From assembly GCF_003790525.1 (NCBI RefSeq), contig NZ_CP033635.1: 64,000 nucleotides of DNA. One strand, written 5' to 3'. The notes beneath the pieces are model-generated. The model worked only from the letters and a program-made list of their open reading frames with translations, was not told the origin of the DNA and did not search any database. Source of the stretch: Escherichia coli (GTDB taxonomy: Bacteria > Pseudomonadota > Gammaproteobacteria > Enterobacterales > Enterobacteriaceae). Shown here piece by piece: positions 55,016 to 64,000 of the stretch (position 1 is the first letter of the stretch; every line of letters starts with the position of its first letter). The translations under genes were made by a program, and so were the position numbers.

Positions 55016-55996
55016 TTACTCTTCGAGCGAATACGGCAGTGGCTCGATACGCAATGTATTCGCATCGTCACGCACGCGGAAGATGCTGTCCGGTTCCATA
55101 TCGTTATTCATGACGACCTGTACCACGACCTGACCATCTTCCAGTTTTACCGCAGCCAGCACCGTACCGGTACGACGCCAGTTCTCGCCCATTTTCAGCT
55201 CTAAATCTTCACCAGCTTCCGGCAGTCGGCTGGCACTACCTGCCAGCAACCAGAGCGCGCGTTTGTTGGCACCGCGGAATTTGGCCCGCGCCACCATCTC
55301 TTGTCCGGTATAGCATCCTTTCTTAAAGCTGATGCCGCCCAGCGCCTGGAGGTTGGTCGCCTGTGGGATAAACTGCCCGCTGTTGGCGGCATCAATCACC
55401 GGGAAACCCGCTTCAATGTTTAATGCCAGCCACTGTTGGCTATTGTTCAGTTCCGCTTCACCGCGCAGTTTATCGGTCAGCATATTGGCAGTGGCTTCAT
55501 CGGTTACGATCAGGAAACGTTCTGCCGGGTGTTCAAACCATAGCAAAGTGGTCGCGCCTTCTTTAACTACCTGTTTTTCTTTCGAAGGCAGTTCACTAAA
55601 GATATTTGCCAGCGCGGCGCGCGCCTGAAAACCGGCAACACCAAGCAGCACACGCTCGTCGTCTGGCGCGATGGTCACTTTAGAGAATACCGCATATTTT
55701 TTCAGTTCAGTCAGCTGCGATTCACGCACGCTGCGCCGTTCAATCCATGCAAAGCCATCGCCGTCGCGGAACAGACGTAAATTGCTCCACATTTTACCTT
55801 TGGCGTCGCAATGGGCGGCGAGCAGGTGCTGATCTTCTGTCATCTGGCTGACATCTGCTGTCACCTGACCCTGCATATATTTTTCGCTGTCCGCGCCAGT
55901 AATGGCGGCAAGCGCCCAGTCATCAAGCGTCATCAGCGTCAGTGGCAAACGGGCAGAAGCCGTAGGCTGACGGGGAGGAAAAGGTGTAAAAGCCAT
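55016..55996 (-). CDS. ygfZ: folate-binding Fe-S cluster repair protein YgfZ
   Basis: 326-aa [49 protein letters not shown] matches YgfZ. Confidence 0.9.
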   Translation of the reverse strand: MAFTPFPPRQPTASARLPLTLMTLDDWALAAITGADSEKYMQGQVTADVSQMTEDQHLLAAHCDAKGKMWSNLRLFRDGDGFAWIERRSVRESQLTELKKYAVFSKVTIAPDDERVLLGVAGFQARAALANIFSELPSKEKQVVKEGATTLLWFEHPAERFLIVTDEATANMLTDKLRGEAELNNSQQWLALNIEAGFPVIDAANSGQFIPQATNLQALGGISFKKGCYTGQEMVARAKFRGANKRALWLLAGSASRLPEAGEDLELKMGENWRRTGTVLAAVKLEDGQVVVQVVMNNDMEPDSIFRVRDDANTLRIEPLPYSLEE

Positions 55997-56226
55997 AATA
56001 GAGTCCTGAGTTGCTTAACGGCGTATTAATGACTAATGGTAAAAGAGCTATGAGGCAATGCAAGTGCTTTCACTACGCGATCTGTGCCTTCTGCGAGGCG
56101 ACTTCCAAAAAAATGAAGCCCTTGAATTGTTGTGAATTAATTTCGCGATCGCGATTGTGTTTACTGATATTCCCGTAAAAGAAGTCGAAAAACACGTTAC
56201 AATAGCGGGGTACTGGATTTTCGTGA

Positions 56227-56893
<667 letters not shown>

Positions 56894-56932
56894 AGATGAC
56901 GGCAAAGCATATGTGCTAAGCCGTCAGTGACA

Positions 56933-57454
56933 TCAGGCGTAATGCTCTGCCATTTCGTTGAGGATTTGCTCGCACCAGCTCTGAATACGCTCGTCGCTAA
57001 GGTCATACTGGTTAGTTTCATCCAGCGCCAGACCCACGAACAGTTGCCCGTCAGCAATCACCGGTTTCGGACTGGTAAATTCATATCCTTCCGTTGGCCA
57101 GTAGCCGACGAACTTCACGCCTTTGGTCGAGAGTTTGTCATGCAGCATACCGAGCGCATCGAGGAACCACTCGCCGTATCCCAGTTGATCGCCAAGCCCA
57201 TACAGCGCAACAATTTTACCTTCGAGGTTCAGGTCGTCGAGCTGATCCCAGACGGCTTCCCAGTCTTCCTGGATTTCACCAAAATCCCAGGTCGGGATAC
57301 CCAGAATGAGCACATCGTACTGCTCCATTAATTTCGGGGAGTCGTCCTTGAGGTTATGTAAGGTCACCAGTTCTGGGCCGATAATATCGCGGATTTTTTC
57401 TGCCGCCATTTCGGTGTAACAGGTGCTGGAACCGTAAAAAAGACCCATATTCAT
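56933..57454 (-). CDS. fldB: flavodoxin 2
   Basis: 173-aa [38 protein letters not shown] matches FldB. Confidence 0.92.
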
Positions 57455-57565
57455 AACGTAAGCTTCTCGATTCTGCTGTGGCTTTTGCGGCTAGTGTATC
57501 AGAATCGCTTTAGTCACGGCACAATAAGGCATAATGGATCAAATGAGTGACCATAAGGGGCGCAA

Positions 57566-58462
57566 GTGAAACAGGATCTGTCACGCATCGAGCAGTTTCT
57601 TGATGCTCTGTGGCTGGAAAAAAATCTGGCTGAAAATACGTTGAACGCTTACCGTCGCGATCTGTCAATGATGGTGGAGTGGTTGCATCACCGCGGGTTG
57701 ACGCTGGCGACGGCGCAAAGTGACGATTTGCAGGCATTACTGGCAGAACGGCTGGAGGGCGGGTATAAAGCCACCAGCTCAGCGCGTTTGCTGAGTGCAG
57801 TGCGCCGATTGTTCCAGTATCTTTATCGCGAAAAGTTTCGTGAAGACGATCCCAGTGCGCATCTCGCTTCACCGAAATTGCCCCAGCGTTTGCCAAAAGA
57901 TTTAAGCGAAGCGCAGGTCGAACGTTTATTACAGGCACCATTAATTGATCAGCCACTGGAGCTACGCGATAAAGCCATGCTTGAAGTGTTGTATGCTACC
58001 GGGCTGCGTGTCTCTGAACTGGTCGGGCTGACAATGAGTGATATCAGCCTGCGTCAGGGCGTAGTGCGGGTCATTGGTAAAGGCAACAAAGAGCGCCTGG
58101 TGCCGTTAGGTGAAGAGGCGGTTTACTGGCTGGAAACGTATCTCGAGCATGGGCGACCGTGGCTGCTGAATGGTGTGTCAATTGACGTGTTGTTCCCCAG
58201 TCAGCGTGCGCAGCAGATGACGCGACAGACCTTCTGGCACCGCATTAAACATTATGCCGTGCTGGCGGGGATCGACAGCGAAAAGCTGTCACCGCATGTG
58301 TTGCGTCACGCTTTTGCCACTCACTTATTAAATCATGGTGCGGATTTACGCGTGGTGCAGATGCTACTGGGCCACAGCGATCTCTCCACCACGCAAATTT
58401 ATACGCATGTCGCTACCGAGCGTCTGCGGCAACTTCATCAACAGCATCACCCGCGGGCGTGA
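57566..58462 (+). CDS. xerD: site-specific tyrosine recombinase XerD (chromosome dimer resolution)
   Basis: 298-aa ORF, GTG start; C-terminal catalytic motifs HxxR...LLGHSDLSTTQIYTH. Confidence 0.92.
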   Translation: MKQDLSRIEQFLDALWLEKNLAENTLNAYRRDLSMMVEWLHHRGLTLATAQSDDLQALLAERLEGGYKATSSARLLSAVRRLFQYLYREKFREDDPSAHLASPKLPQRLPKDLSEAQVERLLQAPLIDQPLELRDKAMLEVLYATGLRVSELVGLTMSDISLRQGVVRVIGKGNKERLVPLGEEAVYWLETYLEHGRPWLLNGVSIDVLFPSQRAQQMTRQTFWHRIKHYAVLAGIDSEKLSPHVLRHAFATHLLNHGADLRVVQMLLGHSDLSTTQIYTHVATERLRQLHQQHHPRA

Positions 58463-58486
58463 TGTCTGAAAAGAACGGGAAGATTT

Positions 58487-59197
58487 ATGAAGAAAGGTTT
58501 TATGTTGTTTACTTTGTTAGCGGCGTTTTCAGGCTTTGCTCAGGCTGATGACGCGGCAATTCAACAAACGTTAGCCAAAATGGGCATCAAAAGCAGCGAT
58601 ATTCAGCCCGCGCCCGTAGCTGGCATGAAGACAGTTCTGACTAACAGCGGCGTGTTGTACATCACCGATGATGGTAAACATATCATTCAGGGGCCAATGT
58701 ATGACGTTAGCGGCACGGCTCCGGTCAATGTCACCAATAAGATGCTGTTAAAGCAGTTGAATGCGCTTGAAAAAGAGATGATCGTTTATAAAGCGCCGCA
58801 GGAAAAACACGTCATCACCGTGTTTACTGATATTACCTGTGGTTACTGCCACAAACTGCATGAGCAAATGGCAGACTACAACGCGCTGGGGATCACCGTG
58901 CGTTATCTTGCTTTCCCGCGCCAGGGGCTGGAGAGCCAGGCTGAGCAACAAATGAAAGCCATCTGGTGTGCGAAAGATAAAAAGAAAGCGTTTGATGATG
59001 TGATGGCGGGTAAAGCTGCCACTCCGGCAAGTTGCGATATCGATATTGCCGATCATTACGCACTTGGCGTCCAGCTTGGCGTTAGCGGCACTCCGGCAAT
59101 TGTGCTGAGCAATGGCACACTTGTTCCGGGTTACCAGCCACCGAAAGACATGAAAGAATTCCTCGACGAACACCAAAAAATGACCAGCGGTAAATAA
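58487..59197 (+). CDS. dsbC: periplasmic disulfide isomerase DsbC
   Basis: 236-aa ORF with signal peptide and CGYC active site. Confidence 0.95.
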   Translation: MKKGFMLFTLLAAFSGFAQADDAAIQQTLAKMGIKSSDIQPAPVAGMKTVLTNSGVLYITDDGKHIIQGPMYDVSGTAPVNVTNKMLLKQLNALEKEMIVYKAPQEKHVITVFTDITCGYCHKLHEQMADYNALGITVRYLAFPRQGLESQAEQQMKAIWCAKDKKKAFDDVMAGKAATPASCDIDIADHYALGVQLGVSGTPAIVLSNGTLVPGYQPPKDMKEFLDEHQKMTSGK

Positions 59198-59202
59198 TTC
59201 GC

Positions 59203-60936
59203 GTGAAACAACAGATACAACTTCGTCGCCGTGAAGTCGATGAAACGGCAGACTTGCCCGCTGAATTGCCTCCCTTGCTGCGCCGTTTATACGCCAGCCG
59301 GGGCGTGCGCAGTGCGCAAGAACTGGAACGCAGTGTTAAAGGGTTGCTGCCCTGGCAGCAACTGAGCGGCGTCGAAAAGGCCGTTGAGATCCTTTACAAC
59401 GCTTTTCGCGAAGGAACGCGGATTATTGTGGTCGGTGATTTCGACGCCGACGGGGCCACCAGCACGGCTCTAAGCGTGCTGGCGATGCGCTCGCTTGGTT
59501 GCAGCAATATCGACTACCTGGTTCCAAACCGTTTCGAAGACGGTTACGGCTTAAGCCCGGAAGTAGTCGATCAGGCTCATGCCCGTGGCGCGCAGTTAAT
59601 TGTCACGGTGGATAACGGTATTTCCTCCCATGCGGGGGTTGAACACGCTCGTTCGTTGGGCATTCCGGTTATTGTTACCGATCACCATTTGCCAGGCGAC
59701 ACATTACCCGCAGCGGAAGCGATCATTAACCCTAACTTGCGCGACTGTAATTTCCCGTCGAAATCACTGGCAGGCGTGGGTGTGGCGTTTTATCTGATGC
59801 TGGCTCTGCGCACCTTTTTGCGCGATCAGGGCTGGTTTGATGAGCGCGGCATCGCAATTCCTAATCTGGCAGAACTGCTGGATCTGGTCGCGCTGGGGAC
59901 AGTGGCGGACGTCGTACCGCTGGACGCTAATAATCGCATTCTGACCTGGCAGGGGATGAGTCGCATCCGTGCCGGTAAGTGCCGTCCGGGGATTAAAGCG
60001 CTGCTGGAAGTGGCAAATCGCGATGCGCAAAAACTCGCCGCCAGCGATTTAGGTTTTGCGCTGGGGCCACGTCTCAATGCTGCCGGGCGACTGGACGATA
60101 TGTCCGTTGGCGTGGCGCTGTTGCTGTGCGACAACATCGGCGAAGCGCGCGTGCTGGCAAATGAACTCGATGCGCTAAACCAGACGCGAAAAGAGATCGA
60201 ACAGGGAATGCAAGTTGAGGCCCTGACCTTGTGCGAGAAACTGGAGCGCAGCCGCGACACACTACCCGGCGGGCTGGCAATGTATCACCCCGAATGGCAT
60301 CAGGGCGTTGTCGGTATTCTGGCTTCGCGCATCAAAGAGCGTTTTCACCGTCCGGTTATCGCCTTTGCGCCAGCAGGTGATGGTACGCTGAAAGGTTCCG
60401 GTCGCTCCATTCAGGGGCTACATATGCGTGATGCGCTGGAGCGGTTAGACACACTCTACCCCGGCATGATGCTGAAGTTTGGCGGTCATGCGATGGCGGC
60501 AGGCCTGTCGCTGGAAGAGGATAAATTCGAACTCTTTCAGCAACGGTTTGGCGAACTGGTTACTGAGTGGCTGGACCCTTCGCTATTGCAGGGCGAAGTG
60601 GTGTCAGATGGTCCGCTAAGCCCAGCCGAAATGACCATGGAAGTGGCGCAGCTGTTGCGCGATGCTGGCCCGTGGGGGCAGATGTTCCCGGAGCCGCTGT
60701 TTGATGGTCATTTCCGTCTGCTGCAACAGCGGCTGGTGGGCGAGCGTCATTTGAAAGTCATGGTCGAGCCGGTCGGCGGCGGTCCACTGCTGGACGGGAT
60801 TGCTTTTAATGTCGATACCGCCCTCTGGCCGGATAACGGTGTGCGCGAAGTGCAACTGGCTTACAAGCTCGATATCAACGAGTTTCGCGGCAACCGCAGC
60901 CTGCAAATTATCATCGACAATATCTGGCCAATTTAG
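59203..60936 (+). CDS. recJ: single-stranded-DNA-specific 5'-3' exonuclease RecJ
   Basis: 577-aa ORF, GTG start; DHH motifs (VVGDFDADG, DHH). Confidence 0.92.
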   Translation: MKQQIQLRRREVDETADLPAELPPLLRRLYASRGVRSAQELERSVKGLLPWQQLSGVEKAVEILYNAFREGTRIIVVGDFDADGATSTALSVLAMRSLGCSNIDYLVPNRFEDGYGLSPEVVDQAHARGAQLIVTVDNGISSHAGVEHARSLGIPVIVTDHHLPGDTLPAAEAIINPNLRDCNFPSKSLAGVGVAFYLMLALRTFLRDQGWFDERGIAIPNLAELLDLVALGTVADVVPLDANNRILTWQGMSRIRAGKCRPGIKALLEVANRDAQKLAASDLGFALGPRLNAAGRLDDMSVGVALLLCDNIGEARVLANELDALNQTRKEIEQGMQVEALTLCEKLERSRDTLPGGLAMYHPEWHQGVVGILASRIKERFHRPVIAFAPAGDGTLKGSGRSIQGLHMRDALERLDTLYPGMMLKFGGHAMAAGLSLEEDKFELFQQRFGELVTEWLDPSLLQGEVVSDGPLSPAEMTMEVAQLLRDAGPWGQMFPEPLFDGHFRLLQQRLVGERHLKVMVEPVGGGPLLDGIAFNVDTALWPDNGVREVQLAYKLDINEFRGNRSLQIIIDNIWPI

Positions 60937-61026
60937 CGTCATCTTCTCTATAAAAAAGAGCGTGGATTGGGTACAATCCCGCTCTTATCACCGCATTTTG
61001 ACTAGCTCAATAAAAGAAATCAGACC

Positions 61027-62125
61027 ATGTTTGAAATTAATCCGGTAAATAATCGCATTCAGGACCTCACGGAACGCTCCGACGTTCTTAGGGGGTATCT
61101 TTGACTATGACGCCAAGAAAGAGCGTCTGGAAGAAGTAAACGCCGAGCTGGAACAGCCGGATGTCTGGAACGAACCCGAACGCGCACAGGCGCTGGGTAA
61201 AGAGCGTTCCTCCCTCGAAGCCGTTGTCGACACCCTCGACCAAATGAAACAGGGGCTGGAAGATGTTTCTGGTCTGCTGGAACTGGCTGTAGAAGCTGAC
61301 GACGAAGAAACCTTTAACGAAGCCGTTGCTGAACTCGACGCCCTGGAAGAAAAACTGGCGCAGCTTGAGTTCCGCCGTATGTTCTCTGGCGAATATGACA
61401 GCGCCGACTGCTACCTCGATATTCAGGCGGGGTCTGGCGGTACGGAAGCACAGGACTGGGCGAGCATGCTTGAGCGTATGTATCTGCGCTGGGCTGAATC
61501 GCGTGGTTTCAAAACTGAAATCATTGAAGAGTCGGAAGGTGAAGTGGCGGGTATTAAATCCGTGACGATCAAAATCTCCGGCGATTACGCTTATGGCTGG
61601 CTGCGTACAGAAACCGGCGTTCACCGCCTGGTGCGTAAGAGCCCGTTTGACTCCGGCGGTCGTCGCCACACGTCGTTCAGCTCCGCGTTTGTTTACCCGG
61701 AAGTTGATGATGATATCGATATCGAAATCAATCCGGCGGATCTGCGCATCGACGTTTATCGCGCATCCGGCGCGGGCGGTCAGCACGTTAACCGTACCGA
61801 ATCTGCGGTGCGTATTACTCACATCCCAACCGGGATCGTGACTCAGTGCCAGAACGACCGTTCCCAGCACAAGAACAAAGACCAGGCCATGAAGCAGATG
61901 AAAGCGAAGCTTTATGAACTGGAGATGCAGAAGAAAAATGCCGAGAAACAGGCGATGGAAGATAACAAATCCGACATCGGCTGGGGCAGCCAGATTCGTT
62001 CTTATGTCCTTGATGACTCCCGCATTAAAGATCTGCGCACCGGGGTAGAAACCCGCAACACGCAGGCCGTGCTGGACGGCAGCCTGGATCAATTTATCGA
62101 AGCAAGTTTGAAAGCAGGGTTATGA
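61027..62125 (+). CDS. prfB: peptide chain release factor 2; requires programmed +1 frameshift (join 61027..61101, 61103..62125)
   Basis: ATG 61027 encodes [25 protein letters not shown] then in-frame TGA at 61102; +1 frame continues [25 protein letters not shown]... to stop 62125; GGQ motif present (SGAGGQHVN). Confidence 0.92.
61090..61105 (+). other. prfB +1 frameshift site with upstream SD-like stimulator (AGGGGG UAU CUU UGA C)
   Basis: agggggtatctttgac read directly from sequence. Confidence 0.9.
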
Positions 62126-62134
62126 GGAACCAAC

Positions 62135-63652
62135 ATGTCTGAACAAAACGCACAGGGCGCTGACGCGGTAGTCGATCTTAACAATGAACTGAAAACGCGT
62201 CGTGAGAAGCTGGCGAACCTGCGCGAGCAGGGGATTGCCTTCCCGAACGATTTCCGTCGCGATCATACCTCTGACCAATTGCACGCAGAATTCGACGGCA
62301 AAGAGAACGAAGAACTGGAAGCGCTGAACATCGAAGTCGCCGTTGCTGGCCGCATGATGACCCGTCGTATTATGGGTAAAGCGTCTTTCGTTACCCTGCA
62401 GGACGTTGGCGGTCGCATTCAGCTGTACGTTGCCCGTGACGATCTGCCGGAAGGCGTTTATAACGATCAATTCAAAAAATGGGACCTTGGTGACATCCTC
62501 GGCGCGAAAGGTAAACTGTTCAAAACCAAAACCGGCGAACTGTCTATCCACTGTACCGAGCTGCGTCTGCTGACCAAAGCACTGCGTCCGCTGCCGGATA
62601 AATTCCACGGCTTGCAGGATCAGGAAGCGCGCTATCGTCAGCGTTATCTGGATCTCATCTCTAACGATGAATCCCGCAACACCTTTAAAGTGCGCTCGCA
62701 GATCCTCTCTGGTATTCGCCAGTTCATGGTGAACCGCGGCTTTATGGAAGTTGAAACGCCGATGATGCAGGTGATCCCTGGCGGTGCCGCTGCGCGTCCG
62801 TTTATCACTCACCATAACGCGCTGGATCTCGACATGTACCTGCGTATCGCGCCGGAACTGTACCTCAAGCGTCTGGTGGTCGGTGGCTTCGAGCGTGTAT
62901 TCGAAATCAACCGTAACTTCCGTAACGAAGGTATTTCCGTACGTCATAACCCAGAGTTCACCATGATGGAACTCTATATGGCTTACGCAGATTACAAAGA
63001 TCTGATCGAGCTGACCGAATCGCTGTTCCGTACTCTGGCACAGGATATTCTCGGTAAGACGGAAGTGACCTACGGCGACGTAACGCTGGACTTCGGTAAA
63101 CCGTTCGAAAAACTGACCATGCGTGAAGCGATCAAGAAATATCGCCCGGAAACCGACATGGCGGATCTGGACAACTTCGACTCTGCGAAAGCGATTGCTG
63201 AATCTATCGGCATCCACGTTGAGAAGAGCTGGGGTCTGGGCCGTATCGTTACCGAGATCTTCGAAGAAGTGGCAGAAGCACATCTGATTCAGCCGACCTT
63301 CATTACTGAATATCCGGCAGAAGTTTCTCCGCTGGCGCGTCGTAACGACGTTAACCCGGAAATCACAGACCGCTTTGAGTTCTTTATCGGTGGTCGTGAA
63401 ATCGGTAACGGCTTTAGCGAACTGAATGACGCGGAAGATCAGGCGCAGCGCTTCCTGGATCAGGTTGCCGCGAAAGATGCAGGTGACGACGAAGCGATGT
63501 TCTACGATGAAGATTACGTCACCGCACTGGAACATGGCTTACCGCCGACAGCAGGTCTGGGAATTGGTATCGACCGTATGGTAATGCTGTTCACCAACAG
63601 CCATACCATCCGCGACGTTATTCTGTTCCCGGCGATGCGTCCGGTAAAATAA
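62135..63652 (+). CDS. lysS: lysyl-tRNA synthetase (constitutive)
   Basis: 505-aa [36 protein letters not shown] matches LysS. Confidence 0.95.
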   Translation: MSEQNAQGADAVVDLNNELKTRREKLANLREQGIAFPNDFRRDHTSDQLHAEFDGKENEELEALNIEVAVAGRMMTRRIMGKASFVTLQDVGGRIQLYVARDDLPEGVYNDQFKKWDLGDILGAKGKLFKTKTGELSIHCTELRLLTKALRPLPDKFHGLQDQEARYRQRYLDLISNDESRNTFKVRSQILSGIRQFMVNRGFMEVETPMMQVIPGGAAARPFITHHNALDLDMYLRIAPELYLKRLVVGGFERVFEINRNFRNEGISVRHNPEFTMMELYMAYADYKDLIELTESLFRTLAQDILGKTEVTYGDVTLDFGKPFEKLTMREAIKKYRPETDMADLDNFDSAKAIAESIGIHVEKSWGLGRIVTEIFEEVAEAHLIQPTFITEYPAEVSPLARRNDVNPEITDRFEFFIGGREIGNGFSELNDAEDQAQRFLDQVAAKDAGDDEAMFYDEDYVTALEHGLPPTAGLGIGIDRMVMLFTNSHTIRDVILFPAMRPVK

Positions 63653-63672
63653 GCATTACGTTATGCTCACAA

Positions 63673-63696
63673 CCCCGGCAAATGTCGGGGTTTTTT
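63673..63696. terminator. lysS intrinsic terminator (shared with convergent idi)
   Basis: ccccggcaaatgtcgggg followed by tttttt. Confidence 0.65.
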
Positions 63697-64000
63697 AATT
63701 GTGCTGCGCGAAAGCAGACAACAATTTTCTTGCTTCACTATTGGCTGCCTGCATCACCATCCACGGACTGAACGCCCACGGCGTGGCATCAATACCGTGT
63801 AATACATCTGCTAAATCACACCATTGATAATCCATCACTTCATCATCGTTGATCTGTAACGCACTGGTGGTGCGTGCGGCAAATACCGGACACACTTCAT
63901 TTTCCACAATGCCATTCGGATCGGTGGCGCGATAGTAGAAGTCAGGATAGATAGATTCAGGAGGCGTAATTTCCACGCCAAGCTCATAACGGCAACGGCG
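63695..64000 (-). CDS. idi: isopentenyl-diphosphate delta-isomerase, C-terminal part (gene continues beyond window end)
   Basis: Translation ...[76 protein letters not shown] resembles Idi C-terminus; adjacent to lysS as in E. coli. Confidence 0.8.
   Translation of the reverse strand, partial: RRCRYELGVEITPPESIYPDFYYRATDPNGIVENEVCPVFAARTTSALQINDDEVMDYQWCDLADVLHGIDATPWAFSPWMVMQAANSEARKLLSAFAQHN

Noticed and set aside
57566-58462. Tyrosine recombinase considered as an integrase marking a mobile element
   Set aside because: Sequence and context (fldB-xerD-dsbC-recJ) identify it as chromosomal XerD for dimer resolution, not a phage or ICE integrase.
62120-63535. 471-aa ORF antisense to lysS, and 334-aa ORF (61088..62092) antisense to prfB
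   Set aside because: Long stop-free antisense frames of well-recognised genes; low-complexity translations (F/V/R-rich); no independent support.

Overview
The window is a segment of an Escherichia coli-type chromosome, shown in reverse orientation relative to the usual K-12 map. It runs from gshB (truncated) through rsmE-endA-sprT-galP-metK-speA-speB-loiP-tktA-cmtBA-yggPFDC-epd-pgk-fbaA-mscS-argO-yggE-ygfI-scpC-scpB-argK-scpA-argP-rpiA-serA-ibsC/sibC-fau-ssrS-zapA-ygfB-pepP-ubiH-ubiI-gcvTHP-bglA-yqfB-yqfA-ygfZ-sdhE-ygfX-fldB-xerD-dsbC-recJ-prfB-lysS to idi (truncated). Most genes were recognised directly from the translated ORFs, with start codons refined by reading the DNA; no database search was run. 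No rRNA, tRNA, CRISPR array, transposase or integrase was seen. Four segments stand out because, as far as I recall the K-12 gene order, they are absent from the reference: (1) a 243-aa lipoprotein gene between speA and speB; (2) a 520-aa lipoprotein/transmembrane two-domain gene between speB and loiP; (3) a 302-aa SPFH/band-7 gene with 33-bp tandem repeats between tktA and cmtB; (4) a five-gene minus-strand cluster between yggC and epd encoding a DUF296-like protein and an ECF-type transporter (S component, T component, two ATPases, one with a degenerate signature motif). The ECF-type cluster is the best candidate for an uncharacterised system. Also present are 6S RNA, the ibsC/sibC type I toxin-antitoxin pair, the prfB programmed +1 frameshift, REP elements and several intrinsic terminators. 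All statements about absence from K-12 are from memory and need alignment to confirm.
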